Source: Azolla caroliniana | Taxonomy: Eukaryota; Plantae; Polypodiophyta | Assembly (NCBI GenBank): GCA_043228905.1 | Contig: JBHGNT010000017.1 | Coordinates: forward strand, 4,216,001-4,280,000 | Direction: 5' to 3' | DNA: 64,000 nt | In this document: positions 25,023 to 38,352 of the stretch, piece by piece | Numbering within the stretch: the first letter of the stretch is position 1 | How the letters are laid out: each line of letters begins with the position of its first letter | Made by a program: the position numbers and the translations under genes | Notes under the pieces: generated by a model | Database searches by the model: none | What the model was told of the DNA's origin: nothing | Seen by the model: the letters and a program-made list of their open reading frames with translations, nothing else

Positions 25023-25651
25023 ATGCTTCTCAATCTTAACCTATCCCTACACACATTTATCTCTCAACAACATGCAGTCACAATTGAAGCGTTCACTAGT
25101 AAAATTCTTGAACATCAAGAGCTCATCACCAACTCTACAATAGTAATGATCATTGCTAAAATTCTAGAACATCAAGAGGCGCTGATCAAGCCAAAAAAAC
25201 GACGTGAAGATGTTTCAATTTGGTCCAGTAGATCACATTTGACCTCAGGCGACTATATACATGTATGTACATATCTTCCTCTGATCTATCATAAGAGAAT
25301 CCTATCATGTAAGGGTTTTCTACTTCAGGTCCCATAGGTCACAATATGGGCATCCAAAGGAGATTAAATCATCACCACCAGCATTACCATCACCATCACC
25401 ATCTCTTTCTCTCTCAGTTTTTATATGTATACGCAAATATAGACACATGTGACCATACTCATGGTTTTGCATGCTGCCTCGATTATTTTGTCGGAGGAAT
25501 GATCAAGGGGAAGGAGTGGCAGCCCAAGCAATCTTTCCCAGAAATCTGAATGAAGCTCAACGATCTTCTCTCCAACAAGAAGGCCAAGCAAATAGTTCCG
25601 ATCATCATGATGGAGATCTCCATGGATATGAGTGGATGTAAACGCACCCAT
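19436..25651 (-). CDS. DYM: Dymeclin (Dyggve-Melchior-Clausen family), multi-exon
   Basis: Exon 1 MGAFTSTH...FWERLL (N-terminal Gly). Internal exons [34 protein letters not shown] (about 22235-22350), [10 protein letters not shown]...[10 protein letters not shown] and [23 protein letters not shown] (about 20170-20262). The last exon [10 protein letters not shown] with stop at 19436-19438 is inferred. Confidence 0.88.
21160..21278. repeat. ~59-bp tandem duplication in a dymeclin intron
   Basis: AACTATACTTATGGTAGT...ATAATACAACCTACTGAATGCCTATCATAGAGTAAAA occurs twice. Confidence 0.75.
24975..25018. repeat. (CT)n microsatellite
   Basis: Pure CT run in dymeclin intron 1. Confidence 0.9.
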
Positions 25652-26004
25652 ATGGGAAGAATCAAATGATATCTTCTTAAATGTGAATCTAAGGTAGTGG
25701 TATTAGTTATAAACAAGAGCAGAGCGTCAGTGGCCCTAAGATCAGATATGCCTAATGTGATCATGGGAGCTTTTATATAGGGTTGAGAGAGAGAGAGAGA
25801 GAGAGAGAAACAGAACGTCAAGGATTTGCACGAGTCCTGCGTTGGTCTGTCTCACTCTCTCTCTGTTTCCTCCATGATTCATGAACCCTTTCCTTACAAT
25901 CAATTGTGGGTCCCCCCCCCCCCTGTTTCTAAAAACTGCGAGAAACTGCTCTTTCTTTCTTCGTAGTAGCTTATAGCTTGTTCCTTCTTCTTCTGGTCTC
26001 TGGG

Positions 26005-26905
26005 TTTTAGGTCAAGCATTTCATTATTCACTCTCTATATTTTTGGGGTCTGGTCAAAACATTCTTCTTTCTGTGGTCTTGGTCAAGAATTCATCTTTGT
26101 TTTCTTGCTCTGGTCTGGTCAAGGATTCAAGACCTTTCTTTATCTTGGACATCTTTTGGGCATATTTCATTATTCACTCCTTTTTTGGGGTCCGGTCAAG
26201 CATTCATCTTTTTGTGGTCTTGGTCAAGAATTCATCTTTGTTTCAGTTCTGGTCTAGTCAAGGATTGAAGACCTTTTTTTATCTTGGAAATATTTGGGCA
26301 TTTCATTATTCACTCCTTTTTTGGGGTCTGGTCAAGCATTCACCTTTTTGTGGTGTAGTCAAGAATTCATCTCTTGTTTTTGTTCTGGTCTGGTCAAGGA
26401 TTCTAGACCTTTTGTATCTTTGGGCATTTCATTATTCACTCCTTTTTTGGGGTCTGGTCAAGCATTCATCTTTTTGTGGTCTGGTCAAGGATTCAAGACC
26501 TTTTTTTATTTTCGACATCTTTGGGCATTTCATTATTCACTCCTTTTTTGGGGTCTGGTCAAGCATTCATCTTTTTGTGGTCTGGTCAAGGATTCTAGAC
26601 CTTTTTTTATCATGACCATCTTTGGGCGTTTCATTATTCACTCTGTTTTTGGGGTTTGGTCAAGCATTCATCTTTTTGTGATTTGGTCAAGAATTCATCT
26701 TTGTTTCTGTTCTGGTATGGTCAAGCATTCAAGTCCTTTTTTTATCTTGGACATCTTTAGGCATTTCATTATTCACTTCGTTTTTGGGGTCTGGTCAAGC
26801 ATTCATCTCTTTTGTGGTCTGGTCAAGCATTCACCTTTGTTTCTGTTGTGGTCTTGGTCAAGGATTCAAGTACTTTTTTTTTTATCTTGGACATCTTTGG
26901 GCAAG
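26005..26905. repeat. Tandem minisatellite array (about 7-8 units of ~100-140 bp) upstream of dymeclin
   Basis: Unit GGGCATTTCATTATTCACTCCTTTTTTGGGGTCTGGTCAAGCATTCATCTTTTTGTGGTCTGGTCAAGGATTC...; built from TCTGGTCAAG sub-repeats. Confidence 0.92.
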
Positions 26906-29900
26906 GGACAAAATTGGGGCTACCGCTTTTTTTTTAACCACCTACACTTTTCCATATATCCTAACCGCAAGCCACATGCTCCGGATAAAGCACACTTTGT
27001 CAAAAAAAGCAGAACATCAATAATGACAATCTATTTCAAAAGCAAGCGATCGATAGAGTCACACCTGGAGAGATGTTGTTTCAGGTGGGGGGCCTAGGAG
27101 GTAGTAGACAAACATATATATATCTAAGACTCTCCTAAAAACCAACTTCAAAGTCTCGTTATCAGTTTTATCGATCTCGTGTCAACGATCTATGAAAGTC
27201 TTGTTATCAGTCTTATCGATCTCGTGTCAATGTAAATCTATTGTCTAGGCTCTATTTTCCCGCCTGATCACAACCGTGTGGGTTGAGAGCACTATCACAT
27301 TCGACCACATCAACAACTAGATTGTGTGTTGTTGTTGCGAACTCGAACTTAATTCCATTTCCAAATTGCTTCTCCAATAATCTCATTTCGTCTAATTAAC
27401 ACCTAAATTTCTTATTAACTATTGCTTTCCACATTTTGTTTCCTTGTCTTTGTTTTGTTGCTTTTCTCATCCATAACATAGATTTACTTTGCCACCATTA
27501 ACGAACTTCCCAACCATGGAATGCTTATTGTCCACATACCCCATGATTGATTTTGATTCAGGTTCCAATCGATTTTTGCCATGCTTGCCATTGTTGGAAG
27601 TTTTCTAAGAAGGTCAAAAATCTCGTAAAGAGTATCTTTTATTTTAAAACCATGCCATTACAATTCTCCCTTTTGTCATGAAGCTAGTTATTTCCAGGAT
27701 TCAACTTCTCTTGTTTGAGTTAGACGAATGTTGCCAGCTAGTAAACCTTAACTTGACTAAAGATAAATAAGTCATTGCGTTAGATATGAAATCACATTTA
27801 GAGTTTCATATGTTTTCAAATGAGATTTTCTTCTTGTGGGTGTTAAACTAAGTCCATAAAATTAAGCTTCCAGGTTCTCTAATTTACTATTAGTTAATTT
27901 AGAAGCAAGCAACATGCTTCGTGTTCAAAGAGATTATAATAAAAGACAAAGAAGTGGAATGTGAGTGATTCACAAGAATAATGTGCAATACAATGATGGA
28001 ATATATATATTCTCTTCATTGCACTTTTGATGGTTTTCTTTCTCCATGACACGTTTGAAGTGAATCATTTATGAGAAAGAAAGAAAAAAATATTGGATCC
28101 CACGTTCTCTCAATTTCGTCATCCTTCATTAATTTAAAAGGCATGCACACTCTAGTCAAGAACCAAACTCGTCTCATATGCATTTTCATCGGAAGATCCC
28201 AAATCTCATCTCATTGTATGTGTATTTCCGTGTGCACATGACAAAACATTACGATCCTCCTGAATTTTTGATGTCCTTTACTTTTGAACCACAACTAATT
28301 AATGTGGGAGATGCTCATTGTTTTCTCGTAACTTCAGGTAAACGTTTGCATTTACATCGGAGGTACGAAGTTCATTTATGGATATAAGATTCATAACTTT
28401 ATACAAACTCAAAGCTCAAAGTTCTTTTCTCCACAACCTTGGATATTGTATTATACACATCAAATTTCCCTAAGTCGTTATTTTACCAAATACTTCTAGT
28501 GAGCAACTATGAATTATGTTCACATTAGCTTAGAAATTAGTGACAATGAGGCATAATTTGAAAGTTCTTTGGGGCTTGTATTCTATTTATCAATCAAATG
28601 TCTTATATTATGCAATGAAATTTAAATAGCTATCTGCTATGTTTGTTTTCTTGAACATTTTGCTTGCAAGTGATATGTTCGAAGTCATTGAAACACTACT
28701 AGTGTCTATCAATTTAGCCAATCAACATGGAATTAACATTTCAAACAATCAACAATGACATAATACTACCCAAGCCACTAAATTAAATTCTTGTTACCAA
28801 ATAACAAACCACCAATACAAGCGCTATGTTGACCAAATTTGCTCAAATTGATACAAATTCTAGATAAGGATGGGATGATATTCTACATTTCAAATCAAAG
28901 ACAATGATATTCTTTAAGCTACAATAAATTATCAGATACCTAAACTTTAGAAATCTTAACAAACAAAACAATGACTAAGCACGGAAAGAAGGTACAACCA
29001 AAACAGATACAATAATCGATAACCCATTTATGTGCATCTATATAATAATGGGGTTGTTTAATACCAACTTTCGATTTATGTCCTATAAAAATATTGGTTT
29101 AAAGGCAAAGGTCGTAAGGTAAAAGGCTTTTATCACCACAAAAGAGAGCCTTGATTGATTCAAGATCATTTGAGGCCCAAAATTAACAAAACAACATTTG
29201 AAATCAGCTTTCATGCAAAACCATCTATTTTTACTATGCATATCAAGAAGAAACCCTATCAAGAAGAAAGGAGATTTCATAATTGATATCGTACTCAATA
29301 CTTCCATGACATATTATAAGCAAGCTTATGAAAGTTTACATGTGATATGGTTGTCTGCATAAATTTCATACTAAATACCGAAGACTTGGGCCTAATAGGT
29401 AAAAAGAAACTTCACTTGAAAAACTTGGGATATACAAATGTAGAAATATATACCTAAGTTAGGTTAGCCTAGTGTGGACTTCAAAGGATTCTGTGCAATA
29501 GAGAATGTAAAGAAACGTTTTCGAGGTGCTCAAATGTCTATGTTTGATTGTTTTGTTCTTCTTGTTTTCTATTCCTATTGGCTTTGTTTTGAGATAAGAT
29601 TGGACAAGATTTGATTTTTTATCCACGGGGAGACCAAATTTGACCTATCGGACTTAATAAGTATATAAATATTTTGTCTTGTACATGACTCCTTCCTCCT
29701 TAGAGTGGGGGGTTACTATTGTCTAATAAAAACTGTCTATGTGAAAATAATGTGTGAAGATATACGCACTCGCCCTTCTTGGTGGAAAGTGAGTATGACA
29801 CTTCAATTATTATGGCCTCCTAACAAGGCCTATACCACTTGTGAATTACATAATAGATTGAGCATATGACAAAGATATTCATCCTCTACTAAGTTCTCAT

Positions 29901-29960
29901 TGCATACCTAACAAATCTTCATACTTGTTACTTGTAACCTAGCACCCCACTGCAAGTCCA

Positions 29961-30455
29961 AGATCTCAAGATCATGGGGTTAGTAAGATGTGGTCAATAC
30001 ATTCTAGCTTTCTTACATTGTATTACAAGTACCATTCAATGTTCACATTTTAGCACCTCATCACTTCACCCTTAGTGCCTCTAGTAATCTATCCTCAATG
30101 ATCACATACTTCATAGCATCACTTGAGGTTCAAATCAAGTGTGTCCAATACAAACAATCAAGCCATTTCTTCAAAATAGGACTTTGTATTGAGCTTCTCA
30201 CAAACATGAGATCTCAAGATCATGGGATTAGTAAGATGTGGTCAATACATTCTAGCTTTCTTACATTGTATTACAAGTACCATTCAATGTTCACATTTTA
30301 GCACCTCATCACTTCACCCTTAATGCCTCTCGTAATCTATCTTCAATGATCACATACTTCATAGAATCGCTTGAGGTTCAAATCAAGTGTGTCCAGTACA
30401 AACAATCAAGCCATTTCTTCAAAAATAGACTTTGTATTGAGCTTCTCGCAAACAA
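29961..30455. repeat. 248-bp near-perfect tandem duplication
   Basis: AGATCTCAAGATCATGGG...TTGAGCTTCTC(A/G)CAAAC at 29961 and again at 30209. Confidence 0.92.
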
Positions 30456-31030
30456 ACATTCTCATTTCCTAATTTGATGGGATATTATCATTTCCTTTAT
30501 GTTGCAATCGTTATGATCAGCTCAGAATGTAGTTCTTAATAAAAACACAATTTTAGAATTCACAAATTTCTTAAATATTCCGATTCGATTCTTAATAAAT
30601 ACTACGATAGATCCTTGATTCAATTCGGTAGCCATCCTTTTTGTTTAGATTTAACAGTCTTTTTATGTACCCAAGAATAGAGCTTGAAATAATAATCATA
30701 ATGAATACTACATGATAACATAAAACTGATGATACCCCAAGTTAACATGGACTTCATATACTTTACACCTGCAACCTAGAAAGGCTTGAACAATGAACAA
30801 TGAACAATGAACAAAGAAATCAATATCATTTCTTATGTATTGAAATGCCTATATACATACCATTGACCTATTATAAACATTAAGTATACACTATATGATA
30901 AAGGCTACAAAAACATGAGTACACATACACACACACACACAATATATATATATATATATATATATGCACACCTATATCCACCTCCATTTTCTGCTTTTCC
31001 GATCACTCTTTATTGTTTATAAAGTTCCTC

Positions 31031-33882
31031 TCAAGTATCTGCAGCTCGACATAGGGTCACTATAGAGAGAAACAAGTTGATAATGTCGAGGTAAAGTGCA
31101 ACCGATGCCCAGATATATTCATCGTATGTATATCGTTTAATGAGGTGATCTGTATCATAAATTATGAATGCACTAAACAGAATCGATGCAACCCCTCCAT
31201 ATATCATAATCCCAATTCTCCCAAGGGGGAAAAATAGCTGTGGAAATGGAAATGACATAAAAAAAACACTAAAAATTCTGAACCCTATACATAATAAAAT
31301 CAATATCCTTAACAAGTGCATGTACCTGTATAATTAGGAACACGATGATAACTACCAGAGTTGTGAACAGAATAGGACCCAAGAAACTGAAATCATGACC
31401 CCTCTCAGCTGCCCAGAATGTGTACATTGTTAGAGAAGACACGACAATTGCTGTCAAAACTGCAGATTCCCACACAATCTTCCCTGTAGCACCCAATATT
31501 GAAAGAAACAACATGAATGGCATATACAAGGATCTCTTCAAAATTTGTAATAAATGTGTGTGAAGGAAAGAAAAGAGTATGCTTGGGATGCAATATAGAC
31601 ATTAAACATATGCATGTGTATGTTACCCAACATAGCATAGATAAACATGATGAGAACACATGAAAAGAATGCATACAAATTGTATACATATATAGACCCA
31701 CAGCATGCACGAGTGGATACAAAATATCAACTAAAAAGAGTATAGACTCTATATCTGTCATATTTATTTTCCAAGATACATACATACCGAGATGACAACA
31801 CAAGAATGCATATTTTCCAACGATACATAGATCAATGAAACAAATTCATGAGGTGATGACCCACATCACACATAGATGGACACATAAAACAACTAAAAAC
31901 ATTGTCCACCCACATCCCACATGGACACAATACATATATGGATGTCGATCATCCAACATAGCCCAGATAAACAGCATAAGATTCTTAACATTTACTTCTT
32001 TTAGTCTTAAAGTAACAAGATGAGTAGTACCTCGATGCAAACATACAAATCAGGAAAATACTCAGTATCCAGATGCTTTAGAAACACAAATGAATACTTA
32101 CCCTTTGTAAATGCACATGTCATGCCAACACTAAGGCTCAAACAAGCTGTAAAGAGAGCTAACAATATCAGGTTGGCTGGATGCGATTGGTGATAGTAAT
32201 ATAACGAGCAGATCACTGCATAACCAAACATGTTTTATGATTAGTAAGAATTATATACCCATCCAATGATGATTATCAGTAATACATATAATGGCAACCA
32301 TTGCATAAACATGCATTTCGTATTATACCATCACTTAATTCATAGAAGTCTCATTCTATACCATCTACTGAGTATTGTCATATCATATAACGAAATTGAA
32401 GTGGGCAGACCATTGCACAAACATGTCATCAGAAAGAGATTAACATCATTATTGTAGACATGTTTCATTATATACCATCAGACTGATGATTCTCATATCA
32501 TATGAGAAGTAACCCATTGCACAAACATGCCAGCGGTAAGAGAACATCATCAACATATTCATGATTCTTTACAAGCATCATGAATTGGCCATATTGCTTT
32601 TACAGAAGGCATTCATATCTATTTCATTCAATTAATTGCTATTGGTAAAAAGATTTCATTGCAGCCATACTGCTTCTGCACAAGGAATGCATATGTATTG
32701 TGTGAAAGAATTAAGCATATGCATTGTGTGAAAGAATTAATTTTAGGAGTTTAAGCATGAGATTATAATTAGCAAGAAGGTGGAATCACCCATATATTCA
32801 TGTTTTATTATGCATTATACATATTGCACAAGGTAGCCCCATGTACTTAAACTAGATGAGTTAACACGAATCATATCCAACTTTCTCAAGTAAGGAAGTC
32901 ATATACGAATGGATAAAATCAGAGAAATTTCAGTATGACTTGTTTTATCTTGGCACGAATGTGTACTGATCTTGTATTTGTTATCTCTATGCCCATATAC
33001 ATGCACACAATCAAAACATTTCCAGGCTCAGGTAAAAAACAAATACATACAATCAGGAAAATTTTGATGTGATAAAACACATACATAAAGTCGTCTACGA
33101 GTTGATGAGATACAATGCATGTAAACATGCATAAATTCCAAATTTCACAATCAAAATATAAACAAGTGCATTAAATCAAAGCCAATTTTGCATGCCAGCT
33201 CAAAAGCAAACGCTTGCATTAATAAAAAAGTTTACTCAGTCTTACATATGAAAATGTAGGATAGAAACCAAGATAACCAATCCAATATCAGCATACGAAT
33301 GTATCAAACCAAATCAAATTTCTGATGACAAGATCAAAACAAATGCAAGCATAAGAATCAGCAATCTAATAAAATTATTGTGACATAACATATGAAACTT
33401 AAGCACACAGCATGCATGAATAAGATAAAGATTATGGTAGGATCCAAATAAATGTATACAAGCACAGGTAAAATCAAGACTATGTTAAGATTATAACAAT
33501 GCATACATACATAAAAAAAAAATCAAATATAATTTGATTAGAGAAATTTCATAAAAAAAATTAACTGAATTAATATGAGAAAAGAGAGAGTGATATGGCA
33601 TATAAACTTACATATGAACGGAAGAATGGAAACAAAGATAACCAGTCCAGGGTTTCCAACAAAGAACAGTGCAACTGGATGATAGAAGGTAACTGCACTG
33701 GCGATGACAGCAGTGAGGATGAGCTGCAGGCTGAGAATAGAATACACCTTTCTGATAAAGGCCCATCTCAGCAGATTCTCCTCGTGGCTAATACTAGGGT
33801 AAAGCAAAGTTCCTCTTTCTAAATCTCTGTAAGGACCACCCTTATATAATGGCTCCATAGAAGGAGCAAGTGGAGCATACAT
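31031..33882 (-). CDS. Bax inhibitor-1 family / LIFEGUARD (TMBIM)-like protein
   Basis: Exons 33882-33612, 32215-32102, 31483-31326 and 31237-31031 with GT-AG junctions. LRWAFIRKVYSIL, HPANLILLALFT, GHDFSFLGP and YDTDHLIKRYTYDEYIWASVALYLDIINLF. Confidence 0.93.
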
Positions 33883-33974
33883 TTTTTCTTCAGAGCTACA
33901 GCAGATTGACAGATTTCTCTTTGCTGCAACCGATAAAAGAAGGAAAACAAAAACCAACCTAAAACAAGCCCTAA

Positions 33975-34160
33975 GCAATCCTTCAAAACCCTTGCAAAAT
34001 TCCTTCTAAAACATCTAAATAATCCTTCAAAAAAACTTCCCAAACCCCCTTCAAAAACCCTAACAAAACTTAAAATTTCCTTCAAAATCCCCACAAATAA
34101 AACTTCAAAATTCCTTCAAAACCCCATAAAAAAAAAACAGATTATTCCTTCAAAAAAGAA
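33975..34160. repeat. CCTTCAAAA-type minisatellite in the 5' region of the BI1-like gene
   Basis: Repeated (A/T)CCTTCAAAA / CCCT..AAAA units. Confidence 0.65.
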
Positions 34161-34519
34161 CTCAAACAAAACAGGGGGTGCGAATGTGTAGGACAAAGTT
34201 CCATTTCTTATAGGGGATTGATACAGCTCTTCATGATTAATGCACAATACAAAAATAAAAAGCGGAAAGGAATGGAGTAGAGGGGATAGGACAGGACCGG
34301 AATGCATTTCTTCGCCTCTGGAATATTCTTGTGTACTAATTAAGCAACCCCAAGGAAACTCTGTCCAAACAGATTCACCCATGGAATCATACAAACCACC
34401 ATCTTATTTTGTCCATGAACCTTTGATCTTTCTTAGTGACCGCATGCACATCATCAACGGTTGTCACGATTACGTCTCCATTTGTTGCCCCTAAGATTAC
34501 TTGCATGCCTTTCTTCACA

Positions 34520-34720
34520 ATCGATCGATGAACTCTAATGGGTACATGACATGTTTGTTGTCTAGATTGATCGATTGTAATGAGTACACGATATGTTCAT
34601 TGTCTTGATTAATCGAGTACATGATATGTTTGTTGTCTAGATTGATCAACTATATAATGAGTACACAATAGTTTATTGTCTTGATCGATTGATCTTGATG
34701 AGTACACGATATGCTTGTTG
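34520..34720. repeat. Degenerate ~35-45-bp tandem repeat
   Basis: GAGTACA(C/T)GATATGTT..TTGTCT.GATTGATC, about 5 copies. Confidence 0.7.
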
Positions 34721-35879
34721 CCTTCGCCAATTGTCAAGGCTCCAATGTATGTAGATTACTTGATTATGAGATAACTAACATCTTCTTTTAGTCACGTTCC
34801 AAAAAAAAATTCCTTTTTCCTTTTTCTTTTTCTTTTTTATTTCCAAAAAAACATCTTCTTCATTAGTAGAAACTTGTACGCCCATGACAAAATGATTACA
34901 ATAACAACCTCATAAAGGTTGTAGCCGTGGTAGACCAATAAAAACTACAAAGAGTCATAGTATAAAAGTACAAAGAACGGTGAACACCCACAGGAATGTT
35001 CTTTCTATCACTTGTAATCATTGGCTTAAACACTAAACTATAATGAAAACATTGCAGGAGACTATCTTTCGAAATGGAAGCATATCCAACAGTTCATGTA
35101 CTTTCTGTAAGACTCCACACGTATCATATAGATCAAGCAATGCATTGCTAACAACCTGGTTTCACTTCAGCCTGCCCATCTCCTCAATCTTTACGTACAT
35201 TTCTTTGCCCTTTTCTAATGCTCCAATGCAAGATTCAACTTGGTTTTGAATTGGAATCATATATTGTAATAATAACATTGCAATAGACTATCTTTCGAAC
35301 GCGAAGCATAACAAACAGTTCATGTATGTGACTTCATCTCCAGAATTTCATTGAAGTTGCATCTTCTTGACTTGATCAACGCATCATCACCTTGCTCCTC
35401 TTTTTGCTTTTTCAAGTGATCCAACATGTCAGCTATTCATCTGAGATGATCCCTTCACATTGCATATGTTGTAAAGCTTCGAACTATCATGAAGACCAGT
35501 AGTGCTAGTAATGCCTTCCATGGCACCACATCACGAAACGAGACCTTATGGACTACATCTCTAACTTTATCTATCCCATCAGCTTTTGAATACATATCCA
35601 TTAAATAAAAAACAATACTCTCCACTGGCCTATTTCCACAAATATGTGCATGTATTTGTTGGCCATTTTCACAACTTTCAGTTTATCACAAGCTTTTGGA
35701 AGCACAAAGACAACATAATTTGTAGGTGTTGCATATGTGCAAGCCAAACTTTCCATGTTGCCCTAGAGTTGTTTCCTTCAATTGCATTCCGTTGAAGTTC
35801 TGAATCACAATCTTCTGGATATAATAATTCGGAATATTCTTCGCCAAATACAATAGACACATGCAAAAGAAAATGCTTC

Positions 35880-36480
35880 TGATTTTGTCATCCCCTCATA
35901 AAAGTTTGCTTCAGCCCCCAACAACATCATCACTCATCCTTATCAAACAAAGAAAACATGTTTCCTTTTCCCCAAGCAACATGTCACCGACCACCACAAA
36001 CGTCCACAGCAACCATCTCACCATAGCATAACAAAACTTGTACATACCAAACAAAAACCTAATGACACTACTGTCTTAATCCCCTCATGAAATTTCACTT
36101 CTTCCCCCGACACCAACGTCACTCATCCTTTACAAATTTCTTCGTTTTCCACATCAACCGTCTATTCGTTGGCCATTGAAGTCCTATACAAACAGAAAAT
36201 AGAGTGAATGTGCTATCCTCATCCCCTCATAAAAACATTGCTTCAACTCCCAACACCACCATGATTCACTCATCCTTAAAAATAGAGAATTTGCTTCAAT
36301 GACCACATCAACCATCTCGATTTATACCACCGAGAACCTGTACCACAAAAACAGAATGAGCTTACTATACTAATCCCCTCATGAAATTATGCTTCATCCC
36401 CCTACACCATCGTCACTCATCCTCTACGGAAATGTGTTATCCTCATCCTCACCAAGTTTCTTCGTTTTCCACATCAACCA
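35880..36480. repeat. Degenerate ~150-190-bp repeat array
   Basis: ATCCCCTCAT(A/G)AAA...CTTC..CCCC..CA.CA.C.TCACTCATCCT recurs near 35890, 36079, 36221 and 36373. Confidence 0.65.
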
Positions 36481-36603
36481 TCTGTGCAAAGTCACGTTCC
36501 AATTGCCAAGCTAATGTCCGATTATCAACGTTAACACTTGTTAACAACATCAAATGAGGTTGCTACAATGAAGATACGAACAACGTATGGATGTATTTAA
36601 TAG

Positions 36604-37050
36604 TGTTGAGAATCAAGCTCAACATAGTGCAACGTGTGAACACACCTTTTGAGAATCTATGATTACTCAAAGGTCAAGAGTCACGCCACTACTCTCTACA
36701 CATTAATTATGTGTCATAGAATCATTTTCTATGACACATAACTAATGAGTTACATATTCCCCATGACTATGAGTCTTCACATTCGCCAAGAGAGAGAGTG
36801 GTTGTTGTAGTTAGTTAATGAAGAGAGAATATGAGCACCCTCCTCACACTTCGTATTAAGTTGGTTGTGACTCCTTGTTATGCTACATTTTGTAAATCTT
36901 ATTCTACTTGTGAAATATACACCTTCTGCTTGAGTATTCTATTTTCCTCTCATTTATCTATCTTGAGTTCTCTTTTCTCTCCTCTCATTTTCTCTCACAC
37001 ATATACGCACGTCTATTTCGCTGCACAAGAATCACCATCGATTCTTTACA
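36604..37050 (+). mobile_element. Solo LTR related to the copia A/B family
   Basis: Starts TGTTGAGAATCAAGCTCAAC (compare 13710 and 16887) and ends TTTACA. Flanked by TSD AATAG at 36599-36603 and 37051-37055. Confidence 0.85.
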
Positions 37051-38069
37051 AATAGTGGCAATATAGCAAGTGGGATTACTGGTGTCATATGGAATTGGGA
37101 CTTAGGATGTTTAACTAAAGGCTTTTTCTCTAATTTCTCTTTGGAGGCCTTCCAACAGTTCTCAAGACAATGCAATGTAAATGCTTCACACGAATTGCGG
37201 GATTTTTGTCACCATTAGCATGGTAGTTGTGTGTTTGGTTTCATATGTAGGGACATATGTTCTCATAAATGACTAAACTACCATACATGTGCAATTGAAA
37301 GTTTGTCATTGGCTCACTATGAGGAAATTTTGTAGAATGGGGTCAAATGTCCATGGATAAACCAAATTGTTAGGATTATCTTGCACTCTTGGTTTGATGA
37401 ATATATGCTTGGACCATCTTGTTAGCTTCTTGTTCGAGAGACAAGAGTTTATCATTGGGGGTTCCATTTGGTCTCTCTTATTGCAAAGTTGGTTAAAAAC
37501 TCTTCATTACCATAAAGGAAGCATTCCAAACTTTGTCTAGAAGTGTTCAAACCCAAAATTCTGGTTTGGTCGCTCTAAAGGGAGGCCAAAAACAATGACT
37601 CTTATACCAGCTAAGAGTGGCTTATAAGCTATTGTGATTTGTATGAACCAATCTATGTGTTCATGAGTTTCAATTGTAATTGAATATGAAATGAAGGGTG
37701 GCACCAAATTTAAAGAGCCCATAAGGTCCGCATATCACCACTCTGGCCAAGGTTGTATAATAATGCATCTTAAACTTACTAATATCCAAACCATTATAAC
37801 TCGATTATTAATGGCGTCCTTAGCAAATTCAACGGGTAGTATGTTTGTGATATCCATGGATGTTGTTTTTCACATATTGTGCTCCCCTTTATTTGGTCTA
37901 GTTCTAAAATTTCTAGTAATATCAATAGGTCATTGCAAAAGTCCATACACTCTTCGAGAACAATATATATTTGTGCAACCTTTTTTCTACGATGGTTGTC
38001 TCTAGTTATTTGTTCACTCCATAGGTCTAACTCTTTGGTCATTACTTTTAGTTCAAGTGTAGCTAAACA

Positions 38070-38352
38070 TAGGACTTGAACGGTTCGGTTTCAGTTTAAC
38101 TATTTTGGCCTTGTCCAAACCAAACCGATTAAGCCTTATCCGTTTGGGAGTTTCCAAACTTGAACCAAACCGATGACCAAAACTAGTTTAGCCAAACCAC
38201 TTTAGCCTTAATCGGTCTAGGAACCAGTTTGAATCTAACGAATCGAGTTCGGCTCAACTTGAGCCTTATCAAATCAAGCTAAAGCCTGAACCATTTAAAA
38301 AACAGTTTAACTACTTAGTTTAGGCTTGAGCACAATCATTGCCCACTCTTAG
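38070..38352. mobile_element. Degenerate hAT-type MITE-like element
   Basis: Clustered AAACCAAACCG/CGGTTCGGTTT motifs. The right end TGCCCACTCTTA resembles hAT-MITE termini; the left terminus is decayed. Confidence 0.45.

Noticed and set aside
26005-26905. Possible CRISPR-like array or membrane-protein ORFs (26043-26615, 26294-27097)
   Set aside because: Units are tandem with no unique spacers, there are no cas genes and the context is eukaryotic; the ORFs are translations of a T-rich repeat.
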